A DNA stretch of 64,000 nucleotides from Saprospiraceae bacterium (GTDB lineage: Bacteria > Bacteroidota > Bacteroidia > Chitinophagales > Saprospiraceae): the NCBI GenBank assembly GCA_045104975.1, contig JBGCCY010000129.1:24748-88747 (forward strand), in the 5' to 3' direction. Made by a program: the position numbers and the translations under genes. This document shows, piece after piece, positions 46,694 through 57,493 of this stretch; position 1 is the first letter of the stretch, and each line of letters starts with the position of its first letter. The notes under the pieces are model-generated. The model had not been told where the DNA came from. It worked only from the letters and a program-made list of their open reading frames with translations, and did not search any database.

Positions 46694-47215
46694 AATTTGA
46701 TAATTTTTTATTTTTAGAAAAATGATTTTTAAATAATTATTACACTTTTCCTTTTATCAACTCATGTTCCATTACGTTTTTTACGTCTTTTTTGCAGAAA
46801 GACAAAATGAATAGCGACAAAAAGTCACTTTTATTTGATTCCTAGTGACAAAATGTCTTAAAAGCGTAAGTTGTGTAGGTTATCCACATTTTGATATTTA
46901 AACTAACAAGTTTATGTTGGTAACTAAAGAAGCCTTATTTATTTAATAGATTACCTTTTAAAATTTCAATCAAAAACCCTTCTGAAAAAGAAATATTCGT
47001 TTTAAACTTCCTTTTCCATACAACTCCTTGATATTGTGAGAAATACACATTTAAAATTTATGACAAAATGTAAAATTGAGTTACTTTTGCCCCGCAAACG
47101 AAAAACCTCTTTGGGACTATACGAAATTCTATAGTTCCTTAATCGGAGGAGGGTGTGGTGTTTGACCATTCCCTTTTTAATTTTTAATAAAACCAGTAAA
47201 TAAATCAAAGAGATT

Positions 47216-49396
47216 ATGGGTAGTAACATTATTTATGCAATTCCAGCTTTAGGAGGTTTGGCATTGCTATACACATTGTGGAAATCTTCTTGGGTATCAA
47301 AACAGGAAGTAGGTACCGACAAGATGGCTAGAATTGCCAAAAATATTGAAGATGGTGCCATGGCATTTTTGAAAGCTGAATATCGAGTTTTAGCAGTTTT
47401 TGTAGTATTAGTAGCAGCGATTTTAGCATTTACAGCAAATGCAGAAAATTCTTCATGGATGGTTGCGGTTTCTTTTATTTTAGGAGCAATCTGTTCGGCA
47501 TTAGCAGGATTCATCGGAATGAAAGTAGCTACTAAAGCCAATGTAAGAACAACTAACGCTGCACGAACTAGTTTAGGAAAAGCATTAGAAGTAGCTTTTG
47601 CTGGAGGAGCCGTAATGGGATTAGGGGTAGTTGGATTAGGGGTAGTTGGATTAAGTGTTCTATTTATTGTTTATAGTAGCCAATTTGGGATTGATTCTCA
47701 AGCGAATGTAACAAGAGTAATTACAGTTTTAACTGGATTCTCATTTGGAGCCTCTTCGATTGCATTATTTGCACGTGTAGGTGGAGGTATTTATACCAAA
47801 GCTGCCGATGTAGGTGCAGATTTAGTTGGAAAAGTAGAAGCAGGTATTCCTGAAGATCATCCATTGAATCCAGCAACAATTGCTGATAACGTAGGTGATA
47901 ATGTAGGTGATGTTGCCGGAATGGGAGCTGACCTTTTCGAATCATATGTAGGTTCTATTATTGGAACTATGGTTTTGGGAGCTGCATTTATGGTTTCTGG
48001 AGCATTTGCGACGACTAATGAGTTTGGAGGATTAAATGCAGTATTATTACCATTAGTTTTAGCTGGAACAGGTATTCTTACTTCTATTTTAGGAACATTC
48101 TTAGTGAAAGTGAAAGATGGTGGTGATCCACATAAAGCATTAAACTTAGGAGAATTTTCTTCTGCTGGATTAATGTTAATATTGACGTTCTTCATAATCC
48201 AATGGATGTTGCCAGAATCTTGGGAAGTAGCTGGAGATCCAACAGCATATACTTCTATGGGCGTTTTCTACGCTGTAATCATCGGTCTAGTTTCAGGATT
48301 GGCAATTGGTAAAATCACAGAATATTATACAGGTACAGGTACTAAACCAGTTCAAGGTATTGTAGATCAATCTGTAACAGGTGCAGCTACAAATATTATC
48401 GCAGGTTTAGGAGTTGGGATGATGTCAACAATGTTTCCTACATTAATATTAGCAGCAGCTATTATTGGAGCTCATCACTTTGCTGGATTATATGGTATCG
48501 CAATTGCTGCAGTAGGAATGCTTTCTAATACAGGTATTCAATTAGCAGTAGATGCTTACGGACCTATTTCTGATAATGCAGGTGGTATCGCAGAGATGGC
48601 AGAATTGCCAAAAGAAGTTCGTCAACGTACTGATAAATTAGATGCAGTAGGAAATACTACAGCAGCTATCGGAAAAGGATTTGCGATTGGTTCAGCAGCA
48701 TTAACTGCTTTGGCTTTATTTGCAGCCTTTATGGTTACTGCAGGAATCACTTCTATTGATATTTCAAAACCAATCGTAATGGCTGGATTATTAATTGGAG
48801 GTATGTTGCCATTCGTATTTTCAGCGATGTCAATGGGAGCAGTTGGACGTGCAGCAATGGATATGATTCAAGAAGTACGTCGTCAATTTAAATCTATTCC
48901 TGAATTGAAAGCAGCATTAGCTGTGATGAGAAAGAATGATGGAAAAGAGATGGATCAATGGTCTGATGCAGATAGAAAAACTTTTGATGCAGCAGATGGA
49001 AAAGCAGATTACAATAAGTGTGTTGAAATTTCAACAGCCGCTTCTATTCGTGAAATGGTTGTTCCAGGTTTATTAGCAGTTATCAGTCCAGTTGTAATTG
49101 GATTTGCTGGAGGTCCTGAAATGTTAGGAGGATTATTAGCAGGTGTGACAGTTTGTGGTGTGTTAATGGCCATCTTCCAATCAAACGCAGGTGGTGCTTG
49201 GGATAACGCTAAGAAAATGTTTGAAGAAGGTGTTACGATTCAGGGAGACAAGCACTATAAAGGATCTGATGCTCATAAGGCAGCTGTAGTAGGTGATACT
49301 GTTGGAGATCCATTCAAAGATACTTCTGGTCCATCATTGAACATCTTGTTGAAATTGATGTCAGTAGTTGCTTTGGTAATTGCACCATTCATCTAA
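47216..49396 (+). CDS. hppA: Membrane-integral pyrophosphatase, K+-dependent subfamily (H+ or Na+ pumping)
   Basis: Motifs [28 protein letters not shown] and [28 protein letters not shown] has Ala rather than Lys at the position known to separate K+-dependent from K+-independent enzymes. Confidence 0.95.
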   Translation: MGSNIIYAIPALGGLALLYTLWKSSWVSKQEVGTDKMARIAKNIEDGAMAFLKAEYRVLAVFVVLVAAILAFTANAENSSWMVAVSFILGAICSALAGFIGMKVATKANVRTTNAARTSLGKALEVAFAGGAVMGLGVVGLGVVGLSVLFIVYSSQFGIDSQANVTRVITVLTGFSFGASSIALFARVGGGIYTKAADVGADLVGKVEAGIPEDHPLNPATIADNVGDNVGDVAGMGADLFESYVGSIIGTMVLGAAFMVSGAFATTNEFGGLNAVLLPLVLAGTGILTSILGTFLVKVKDGGDPHKALNLGEFSSAGLMLILTFFIIQWMLPESWEVAGDPTAYTSMGVFYAVIIGLVSGLAIGKITEYYTGTGTKPVQGIVDQSVTGAATNIIAGLGVGMMSTMFPTLILAAAIIGAHHFAGLYGIAIAAVGMLSNTGIQLAVDAYGPISDNAGGIAEMAELPKEVRQRTDKLDAVGNTTAAIGKGFAIGSAALTALALFAAFMVTAGITSIDISKPIVMAGLLIGGMLPFVFSAMSMGAVGRAAMDMIQEVRRQFKSIPELKAALAVMRKNDGKEMDQWSDADRKTFDAADGKADYNKCVEISTAASIREMVVPGLLAVISPVVIGFAGGPEMLGGLLAGVTVCGVLMAIFQSNAGGAWDNAKKMFEEGVTIQGDKHYKGSDAHKAAVVGDTVGDPFKDTSGPSLNILLKLMSVVALVIAPFI

Positions 49397-49453
49397 AATC
49401 TAATTCACTTATTAAAGAATTAATTATTCTTTAAATAATGTAAAATATGTGGC

Positions 49454-49496
49454 AACGCCCTATTTGATTCGTCAAATAGGGCGTTGTTCTTTTTGT
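49454..49496 (+). terminator. Intrinsic terminator after hppA
   Basis: Perfect 14-bp stem aacgccctatttga / tcaaatagggcgtt, with loop ttcg and a T-rich tail. Confidence 0.8.
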
Positions 49497-49730
49497 AGAA
49501 AAACAATTTTACCTTAAGTCTGTTTTATAAAAAAATAAAGAAGTAAACTTTGAGATAATTCTCGTCACGTAAACTTCGTTATTATTTCGTTAAAACAACC
49601 AATTGGCAAGGTTATCGCCTTAATTTATAAGGAATTTAACCTATATTTATTGACTAAAAGCAATTATCTAAAATAAGTCTTGTCTTTTAGTTAATATTTC
49701 GAAATAAGTAAATATTTAAAACATCACAAT

Positions 49731-51827
49731 ATGAAATTCAGAGGTCCCATTTTCTTTTCAATAATTCTTGTCGCATTAGTATTTGGAGCATTTTATATTC
49801 CCGCTAATAATGCTGAAAAAGAAGCTATTCTAATTAAATCTATTATTGCTAATTTAGATAGATTTCATTTTCAACCTCAAAAAGTAGATGACGATTTTTC
49901 TGAAAAAGTCTACGATTTATACCTAGATCGAATCGACGGAAACCGAAGATGGTTGACTCAGCAAGATGTTGATCGCTTAGGGAAATTTGAAATGAAATTA
50001 GATGATGAAGCAGATGCAGGTACTTATGAGTTTTTCGATATGTCTTTGACTCTTGTAGAAAAAGGATTAAATAAAACGGAAGGATACTTCAAAGAGATTT
50101 TAGCAAAACCTTTTGATTTTTCAATAGATGAAACAATTGATTTATCAGATGAGAAAAAGCCTTTTGCAAAAAATGATGTAGAGCTAAAAGAGAGTTGGAG
50201 AAAGTATTTAAAAAGAGAAACATTAACTCGAGTAGTTGATGATTTAGAATTGCAGAAAAAAGGAGAAGACGAAGACTTAAAAGGAAAATCATTTGCCGAG
50301 TTAGAGCAAAAAGCGAGAGAAGATGTTTTAGATGTATTTGAAAAATGGTACACTAGAATGAGAAAGTTGAAACGTACAGATCGATTGAGCAATTACTTGA
50401 ATGCAGTCGCGAATGTGTACGATCCTCACACAGGATATTTCAAACCAAGAGATAAAGAGAACTTTGATATTAGAATGTCTAAAACTTTGGAAGGTATCGG
50501 AGCACAACTTCGAGCGGAAGAAGAATATACTAGAGTGGTAAGTATCATTGTTGGAGGACCAGCCTGGAAAGGAAAACAATTAGAAGCAGATGACATGATT
50601 ATGGCAGTTGCTCAAGGTGATGATGAACCAGTAGATGTTAACGGAATGGTGATTGACGATGTAGTAGATATGATTAGAGGGAAAAAAGGAACAGAAGTTC
50701 GATTGACCGTGAAAAAGAAAGATGGAAAAAAAGAAGTGATTGCTATCGAAAGGGACGTAGTTATCATGGAAGAAGGTTATGCTAAATCAACTTTACTTTC
50801 AGCTCCACAAAGTGAAGAGAAAATGGGATATATTAATTTGCCAAGTTTCTATGCTGACTTTGGAAGAAATGGAGGACATAGTTGTGCGGAAGACGTAGCG
50901 AAAGAATTAAAAAAATTAAAGAAACATAATGTTGAAGGAATTATCCTTGACCTAAGAAATAACGGAGGTGGATCATTGGAGGAAGTAGTTGACATGGCTG
51001 GTCTATTTATCGAAAAAGGACCAATCGTTCAAGTGAAATCAAGAATTGGTCGATCAGGAGTTCATGAAGATGAAGATGGAAAAGTATTATATGACGGACC
51101 ACTTGTGGTAATGGTAAACGAATATAGTGCATCAGCTTCTGAAATTTTAGCAGCAGCATTACAGGATTACGGAAGAGCAGTAATTGTAGGAAGTACTTCT
51201 ACTTTCGGAAAAGGAACAGTTCAAAGATTCTTAGATTTGGATAGAGCAGTCATGGGATATTCAGACGTTAAGCCTTTGGGATCAATCAAATTGACTATCC
51301 AAAAATACTACCGAGTGAATGGAGGTTCTGTTCAATTAAATGGAGTGAAATCTGATATCGTCTTCCCTGATTTATATTCTTACTTTGACTCAGGTGAAAA
51401 AGATTACGATCACGCGTTAGATTATACTGAAATTGCTCCTGTTCCATATGGACAAAATGTATACTCTGTAACTGATAAATTAGATGAGCTTCGAGCAGCA
51501 AGTGGAAAAAGAGTTAAAAGTCATCCTGCTTTTCAACAAGTTGCAACTCATGCAAAATGGTTAAAAACTCAAAGAGATATTGATATTTATCCTCTGAATA
51601 TCGATAAATACACTCAGATGGAGCAAGACCAAAAAGAAGTAAGCGATGCTTTCAAAGAAGTATTAGATAAAAAAATAAAAGGAATGGTTGTTAAAAATCT
51701 TCCTGAAGACATGGATGCTTTAACTAAAGATGAAGGAGTAGAAGCTCGAAACAAAGATTGGATGGAAGGATTAGAAAAAGATATTTACTTAAATGAAGTA
51801 TTATCTATTCTACGAGATATGAAATAG
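49731..51827 (+). CDS. S41-family carboxy-terminal processing (tail-specific) protease
   Basis: 698 aa with a signal anchor, a PDZ-like segment, and an S41 core (DLRNNGGGSLEE ... VNEYSASASEILAAAL). Confidence 0.85.
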   Translation: MKFRGPIFFSIILVALVFGAFYIPANNAEKEAILIKSIIANLDRFHFQPQKVDDDFSEKVYDLYLDRIDGNRRWLTQQDVDRLGKFEMKLDDEADAGTYEFFDMSLTLVEKGLNKTEGYFKEILAKPFDFSIDETIDLSDEKKPFAKNDVELKESWRKYLKRETLTRVVDDLELQKKGEDEDLKGKSFAELEQKAREDVLDVFEKWYTRMRKLKRTDRLSNYLNAVANVYDPHTGYFKPRDKENFDIRMSKTLEGIGAQLRAEEEYTRVVSIIVGGPAWKGKQLEADDMIMAVAQGDDEPVDVNGMVIDDVVDMIRGKKGTEVRLTVKKKDGKKEVIAIERDVVIMEEGYAKSTLLSAPQSEEKMGYINLPSFYADFGRNGGHSCAEDVAKELKKLKKHNVEGIILDLRNNGGGSLEEVVDMAGLFIEKGPIVQVKSRIGRSGVHEDEDGKVLYDGPLVVMVNEYSASASEILAAALQDYGRAVIVGSTSTFGKGTVQRFLDLDRAVMGYSDVKPLGSIKLTIQKYYRVNGGSVQLNGVKSDIVFPDLYSYFDSGEKDYDHALDYTEIAPVPYGQNVYSVTDKLDELRAASGKRVKSHPAFQQVATHAKWLKTQRDIDIYPLNIDKYTQMEQDQKEVSDAFKEVLDKKIKGMVVKNLPEDMDALTKDEGVEARNKDWMEGLEKDIYLNEVLSILRDMK

Positions 51828-51860
51828 TTTTTGGAAAAAATCCAAAATCAAATTTTATAA

Positions 51861-51902
51861 AAAAGAAGCCGAAACAAAATTAATTGTTTCGGCTTCTTTT
51901 TT
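51861..51902 (+). terminator. Intrinsic terminator after the S41 protease gene
   Basis: Perfect 17-bp stem aaaagaagccgaaacaa / ttgtttcggcttctttt, followed by Ts. Confidence 0.8.
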
Positions 51903-51971
51903 CGTTTTAAGGATTTTTAAATTTAGTACTTTTGTGAAAAATTAAAATCATTTAAATTTTCAAATTAATAT

Positions 51972-53852
51972 ATGAATTACCTGTCTCTCGAAAATGTTTC
52001 AAAATCCTTTGGCGACAAAGTCTTATTTGATAAGGTCAACTTTCAAATGAGCAAAGGTGAAAAAATTGCACTCGTTGCTAAAAATGGAGCAGGGAAAACC
52101 ACACTTCTCAAAGTCATAGCTGGAACAGAAAAAGCAGAAGGTGAAAATGCCAAAGTTCAATACAGGAAAGATATTCGAATTGGATATTTATTGCAAGACC
52201 CAATTTTTCGAGATGGGCATACCATCATGGAAGCAGTCTTTGAATCTGAAAATCCCAAAATACAAGCAACTCGACAGTATGAAAAAGCAATGCTTAATCT
52301 TGAAGACGAAGATGGGATGGCAAAGGCTATGCAACAAATGGATGACCTGAAAGCTTGGGATTTTAAAGCACGTATTGAAGAGATTTTAGGAAAATTAAAA
52401 ATTACAGATCTCGAACAACGAGTGGCACATCTTTCGGGTGGACAAAAAAAACGATTAGCACTTGCCCAAATTTTAATTGATGAACCTGAATTTTTAATTC
52501 TTGATGAGCCAACCAATCACTTGGATTTGGATATGATTGAATGGCTCGAAGAATATTTACAATCTCCGAATTTGACATTGTTTATGGTAACGCATGATCG
52601 CTATTTTCTCGAACGAGTTTGTAATAATATTATAGAGTTAGATACAGGAGTGATTTATAAATACAAAGGAAATTATTCTGATTTCTTAGTAGCAAAAGAA
52701 GCGAGAGAAGATAATCAAGCAGTTGTTTTAGACAAGACGAAAAAATTGATGGGCAAAGAATTAGAATGGATGCGTCGTCAACCAAAAGCTCGTGGAACTA
52801 AAGCAAAATCTCGAATTGATTCATTTTATAAAATAGAAGAAAAAGCCTCTCAAAAAATCGCTAAAGATAAAATCCAAATCGACATGAAAGGAAGTCGATT
52901 AGGAAGTAAAATCCTGGAAGCCAATTATATTTCCAAAAGCTACGGCGATTTAGTTTTAGTAAAAGATTTTGCTTATAAATTTAAAAAAGGAGAAAAAGTA
53001 GGAATTGTCGGGCCAAACGGAGCAGGCAAATCAACTTTGTTAAAAATGTTGACGCAACAAATTAGACCTGATAGCGGTAAAGTTGTAGTTGGTGGAACTG
53101 TCGTTTTTGGGCATTATACGCAAGATGGAATTCAGTTAGAAAATGACAAACGAGTTATCGATGTTGTGCGAGATATCGCCGAATATATTCCTTTGGAAAA
53201 AGGAAATAAGTTGACTGCTGAGTCATTGCTCGAACGTTTCTTGTTTAATCGAAAACAACAACAAGTTTATGTTTCAAAATTGAGTGGGGGAGAGAAGCGT
53301 CGATTACACTTACTGACTATATTGATGGAAAATCCTAATTTTTTGATTCTCGATGAGCCAACCAATGATTTAGATATTATCACTTTAAATATTTTGGAAG
53401 ATTTTCTCATGGACTTTCCTGGTTGTGTTTTAGTCGTAACTCACGATCGTTTTTTTATGGATAAAATTGTTGATCACCTTTTTATTTTTGAAGGTGATGG
53501 AAAAATTCGAGATTATAATGGACAGTATTCTGACTATCGAGCATTGCACAAAGAAGAATTGGAAGAAGCTCGTCAAGCAGAAAGAGAACGACAAAAAAGA
53601 ATCGTAAAACCAACAGTTGAAAAACCAAAAGACAACAAGCCAAAATTAACTTACGAAGAACGAAAAGAGTTTAATCGCTTGGAAAAACAGATTTCAGTTT
53701 TAGAAGAAAAAAAAGATAAAATCACCGAACAGTTTAATAATCCAAATTTGACTTCTGAAGAAATTCAAAAACTTTCGATTGAACTTGGTGAGGTAAAAAA
53801 TGAAATTGAGGAAAAGGAAATGAGATGGATGGAGTTGGCGGAGTTAGCGTAG
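51972..53852 (+). CDS. ABC-F family ATPase (two NBDs, no TM domain)
   Basis: Walker A twice (AKNGAGKTTLLK, GPNGAGKSTLLK). ABC signature twice (LSGGQKKRLALA, LSGGEKRRLHLL). Charged coiled-coil tail. Confidence 0.9.
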   Translation: MNYLSLENVSKSFGDKVLFDKVNFQMSKGEKIALVAKNGAGKTTLLKVIAGTEKAEGENAKVQYRKDIRIGYLLQDPIFRDGHTIMEAVFESENPKIQATRQYEKAMLNLEDEDGMAKAMQQMDDLKAWDFKARIEEILGKLKITDLEQRVAHLSGGQKKRLALAQILIDEPEFLILDEPTNHLDLDMIEWLEEYLQSPNLTLFMVTHDRYFLERVCNNIIELDTGVIYKYKGNYSDFLVAKEAREDNQAVVLDKTKKLMGKELEWMRRQPKARGTKAKSRIDSFYKIEEKASQKIAKDKIQIDMKGSRLGSKILEANYISKSYGDLVLVKDFAYKFKKGEKVGIVGPNGAGKSTLLKMLTQQIRPDSGKVVVGGTVVFGHYTQDGIQLENDKRVIDVVRDIAEYIPLEKGNKLTAESLLERFLFNRKQQQVYVSKLSGGEKRRLHLLTILMENPNFLILDEPTNDLDIITLNILEDFLMDFPGCVLVVTHDRFFMDKIVDHLFIFEGDGKIRDYNGQYSDYRALHKEELEEARQAERERQKRIVKPTVEKPKDNKPKLTYEERKEFNRLEKQISVLEEKKDKITEQFNNPNLTSEEIQKLSIELGEVKNEIEEKEMRWMELAELA

Positions 53853-53863
53853 TTTTTAACAAC

Positions 53864-53929
53864 AGACTTGCATTGGCTTTACTGACTCGATTCACATAGT
53901 ATAAGAGTCAGTAAAGTCAATGCAAGTCT
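53864..53929. repeat. 25-bp-arm hairpin immediately after the ABC-F gene
   Basis: The arms agacttgcattggctttactgactc / gagtcagtaaagtcaatgcaagtct contain one G-T pair. The loop is 16 nt. Confidence 0.7.
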
Positions 53930-53953
53930 ATGGATAGATATAAATAGTCAAAT

Positions 53954-53994
53954 AAAAAAAGCGGATACCCTCTTTCGAGAATATCCGCTTTTTT
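53954..53994. terminator. Bidirectional intrinsic terminator
   Basis: A-run, then stem gcggata / tatccgc, then T-run. It is the second hairpin at the same convergent junction. Confidence 0.6.
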
Positions 53995-54011
53995 ATCGAA
54001 ACAACTTCAAC

Positions 54012-54509
54012 TTATTTCCCAGCCAAAGCTTTGATTTTATCTTCCAATTCATATTCATCTCCAGAAACATATCCTGTGTGCGTATAAACGATATTTCCTT
54101 TTTGATCTAACAAAAATGTCTGCGGAACAGATTGGAAATTTAATGCTCTTTGTAAATCTTGATTCACATCAGAAAGAATATCATATTCCCATTGTTTTGT
54201 TTCAACCATGCCAGGCACTTTTGCCATTGCTCTTGCATTATCAATTGTTACTGCAACTACTTCAGCACCATATTCTTCTTGCCAATCAGGATAAATATCT
54301 GCAATTGCATCTAATTCTTTTTTACATGGAGAGCACCAAGTTGCCCAAAAACTGATTACAGTAATTTTGCCATTTTTAGCATAATCTTGAATGTTAACAG
54401 TCTTTCCTTTAAGGTCTTTCACATTTACATTTGGTAAATTCTTTTGTGCAAAAAGAGATGTTGAAAGACAAAGTGCAAAAACAACTGATAGAATGTTGAA
54501 TAACTTCAT
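54012..54509 (-). CDS. TlpA-like periplasmic thiol-disulfide oxidoreductase
   Basis: Signal peptide and thioredoxin motif FWATWCSPCKKE. Confidence 0.8.
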   Translation of the reverse strand: MKLFNILSVVFALCLSTSLFAQKNLPNVNVKDLKGKTVNIQDYAKNGKITVISFWATWCSPCKKELDAIADIYPDWQEEYGAEVVAVTIDNARAMAKVPGMVETKQWEYDILSDVNQDLQRALNFQSVPQTFLLDQKGNIVYTHTGYVSGDEYELEDKIKALAGK

Positions 54510-54728
54510 TGTATTTTATTTAATTTTGATGGTTAATTTTTTTTATAGGATAACTTTTTAATCAAAAGCCGTTACAAATTTATCACAAAAAAATCGCTAG
54601 TGCTAATATTGATTTGGGTTTAACTTCGATTTAACGGCTGAAAGGCATATTTAAGTATTGTCTTTTTGCAAAATACCAATATATGAAGGTATTTTTGTAT
54701 AAAGTTTAAAAAACTATCGTTCTTTGCT

Positions 54729-54830
54729 AAATTCTGTAATCAAGTTAAAATTGAAATCAAAAGCGATCAACGGAAGTGTTGATTTTAATTTTCGCTTGAC
54801 CTAAAACACAAGATTTGTCTAAGAACCAAA
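54729..54830 (+). repeat. About 100-nt hairpin repeat element, copy B (homologous to 3902..4005)
   Basis: Sequence aagttaaaattgaaatcaaaagcgatcaacggaagtgttgattttaattttcgcttgac plus flanks. Same orientation as copy A. Ends 48 nt before the ATG at 54878. Confidence 0.7.
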
Positions 54831-54877
54831 ACTATAAACTGTAGTTTTTTTCAAATAGATATAAATAATATATTCAG

Positions 54878-56560
54878 ATGTTACCTACAAAACAAAACGG
54901 ATTACTTTTAATCCTTATCACACTTATTTATACGTTGGGTTTTTCGCAAAGTAACAATCAGGGATCCTTCTCTGGGAGTCTCGAATCTAACGGTAATTTT
55001 TTTATAGAAGATGAAGCTATTGAAGCGACAGGAACTCCTCAGTATGACCACCAATTATTTGGAGCGGAAACTTGGTTAGATCTTAAGTACAGTAATTTTG
55101 GATTTGATATTGGTGTTCGGTTTGACCTTTTTAATAATTCCAATTTACTTAACCCTCAAGACAGTTATACGGATCAAGGTTTTGGTCGATGGTTTGTGAA
55201 TAAGAAAGTGAACAAACTAGGAATAACTGCTGGTTATATTTATGATCAAATTGGAAGTGGAATTATTTTTCGGGCTTATGAGGAGCGACCACTTTTGATT
55301 GATAATGCTTTAGTTGGTTTACGCTTGACTTACGATATTACACCTGATTGGAAAATTAAAGGTTTTACGGGAAGACAAAAAAATCTTTTCGATTTGTATG
55401 AGTCAGTTGTTAAAGGAATGAGTGTAGATGGTTTCGTAGTTGGAGATTCTAGTCGTTTTACTCTTGCACCAGGATTTGGAGTGGTGAGTCGGACGATTGA
55501 CGATGAAACGATGGGATTACTTTTGACTTCATTGAGTCTTTATCCAGAAGGATTTCGTACGGGAGCAAAATATAATTCTTATGCTTTTTCATTGTACAAT
55601 ACTTTGAGCGTTGGCAAATTTACTTGGTACATAGAAGGAGCTTATAAAACGGAAGAAACATTTTGGGATGCTCAATTGGAATACGTCAACTTAGCAGGGC
55701 AAGAGACGACGGGTAAGTTTGATTTCCAAGAAGGAAATATTATTTATACTTCTTTGGGCTATGCAGGGAATGGATTTGGAATTTCTTTGGAGGGAAAAAG
55801 GACGGAGAATTTTTCCTTTCGAATCAATCCCTTTGAAAATGAAAATAGAGGAACGATTAATTTCTTACCTCCGATGTCTAGGGTAAATACTTATCGATTA
55901 AATGCTCGATATACTCCTGCCACTCAAGAATTAGGCGAGCAAGCTATCCAATTGGATGTTCGATATTCACCTACTAGAAAATTGGGTTTTTTGGTTAATT
56001 TTTCCAATATTACTACGCTTGAAAATGATTTGTTGTACCGAGAAATTTACACAGAAGTCACATATAAATACAAACGAAAGTGGCAACTCATTAGTGGAAT
56101 TCAATGGCAAAATTATAATCAAAATATTTACGAAGGAAAACCAGGTGTAGATCTTCTAGAGACGATAACTCCTTACGCAGAATTTTTATATAAAATTTCT
56201 AGGAAAAGATCGGTTAGAATTGAGACTCAATATATGTTGACTGCTCCAGGTTTGAGTAATTATAAAAATAGAGATTTGGGTGATTGGATTTTTGCACAGG
56301 TAGAAGTAGGGATCGCGCCACATTGGATTTTCACCATATCAGATATGTACAATGTAGACCCTTACAAATCAGATTTGGCTGAAGGTGAAGAGGCTGATGA
56401 TATTCACTATCCAACTTTGGGAGTAGTTTATACACATCGTTCAAATCGATTTGAATTGAAATATGTCAAGCAAGTAGAAGGGATCGTTTGTGCAGGAGGA
56501 ATCTGTCGATTAGAGCCTGCGTTTAGTGGAGTTAGATTATCTGTTCGTTCTACTTTTTAA
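54878..56560 (+). CDS. Large outer-membrane beta-barrel protein (DUF6029-like)
   Basis: Signal peptide. The GSFSGSLESNGNFF start, the pervasive alternating beta-strand pattern and the terminal ...LSVRSTF fit an OM barrel. The DUF6029 name is from memory of similar neighbourhoods. Confidence 0.55.
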   Translation: MLPTKQNGLLLILITLIYTLGFSQSNNQGSFSGSLESNGNFFIEDEAIEATGTPQYDHQLFGAETWLDLKYSNFGFDIGVRFDLFNNSNLLNPQDSYTDQGFGRWFVNKKVNKLGITAGYIYDQIGSGIIFRAYEERPLLIDNALVGLRLTYDITPDWKIKGFTGRQKNLFDLYESVVKGMSVDGFVVGDSSRFTLAPGFGVVSRTIDDETMGLLLTSLSLYPEGFRTGAKYNSYAFSLYNTLSVGKFTWYIEGAYKTEETFWDAQLEYVNLAGQETTGKFDFQEGNIIYTSLGYAGNGFGISLEGKRTENFSFRINPFENENRGTINFLPPMSRVNTYRLNARYTPATQELGEQAIQLDVRYSPTRKLGFLVNFSNITTLENDLLYREIYTEVTYKYKRKWQLISGIQWQNYNQNIYEGKPGVDLLETITPYAEFLYKISRKRSVRIETQYMLTAPGLSNYKNRDLGDWIFAQVEVGIAPHWIFTISDMYNVDPYKSDLAEGEEADDIHYPTLGVVYTHRSNRFELKYVKQVEGIVCAGGICRLEPAFSGVRLSVRSTF

Positions 56561-56585
56561 TTATTAATTTTTAAAGAAAATTAAG

Positions 56586-57404
56586 ATGAAAAAATTATTA
56601 TTGTTTTTTGTAATTGTATTGTTTTTTTCTTGTAAAGAAAACTGTCCTGTAGTACCAGATCCACCAGTTATTGATTCTGCAAGAAAAGTTTTGGTAGAAG
56701 AATTTACGGGAGTTGGATGTGTGCAATGTCCTGCGGGGAGTGCTGAGTTAGAAAATTTATTATCAATTTATGGCGACAATTTAGTGGTAGTTTCTATTCA
56801 TGCAGGAGATTTTGCAGAGCCATTGTCACAAAGTATGTTTTCTTTTAAAACGGAAGATGGCGAAAATCTAATTAATTATTTGGGGAATCCTGCTTTCTAT
56901 CCGAGTGCGGTGGTCAACAGAAAAGATTTTGATGGAGGATCATATCGTCTTCAGTATGGTAGAGAGAAATGGGCAGGTTTTATAAGTCAAGAGTTGGAAG
57001 AAAATCCTAAAATTTTAGTAAATATTAATAAGGTTTTTGATCCAATTACTCGAAGTTTAGAAGTACAAGTTTCGGGGATTGCAGAAGAAGATATTACTGG
57101 TGAATTAAGATTAACGGTCATCGTTACAGAGTCGAATATTGTAGATGCGCAACTGGATGATGCACAAGGTGGATTAGTGGAAGATTATGTACACAAACAT
57201 GCATTTAGAGGTGCGATGACTGAATATGATGGAGAATCTATTTCTACTAATATGTCAAAAGGAGATAATTATGATATCACAAAGACAATGATTTTTCCTG
57301 AAGAATGGAATCCAGTAGAATGTGAAATAATTGCTTTTGTTAACTTGGTGAATGGTGAACAAAAAGAAATTTTGCAAGTAGAATCTGTACATGTGGAGGA
57401 CTAA
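56586..57404 (+). CDS. Omp28-related thioredoxin-fold lipoprotein with CxxC
   Basis: Lipobox (FFSC). VLVEEFTGVGCVQCPAG is the hallmark I recall for the Omp28-related family. Confidence 0.6.
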   Translation: MKKLLLFFVIVLFFSCKENCPVVPDPPVIDSARKVLVEEFTGVGCVQCPAGSAELENLLSIYGDNLVVVSIHAGDFAEPLSQSMFSFKTEDGENLINYLGNPAFYPSAVVNRKDFDGGSYRLQYGREKWAGFISQELEENPKILVNINKVFDPITRSLEVQVSGIAEEDITGELRLTVIVTESNIVDAQLDDAQGGLVEDYVHKHAFRGAMTEYDGESISTNMSKGDNYDITKTMIFPEEWNPVECEIIAFVNLVNGEQKEILQVESVHVED

Positions 57405-57429
57405 TTAACGCTATCGCTAATGCTTTTAC

Positions 57430-57468
57430 AAAAAAAAATGCAACTCAATTTGAGTTGCATTTTTTTTG
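57430..57468. terminator. Bidirectional intrinsic terminator
   Basis: A8, then stem atgcaactcaa / ttgagttgcat, then T8. Confidence 0.8.
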
Positions 57469-57493
57469 ATATTATGTATGATTTTGGAAAACC

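Noticed and set aside
47090-47215. Known ion-responsive riboswitch in the hppA leader.
   Set aside because: I cannot match it to any motif from memory, and only a weak 6-bp hairpin is evident. It is kept only as a low-interest note within the 46694..47215 finding.
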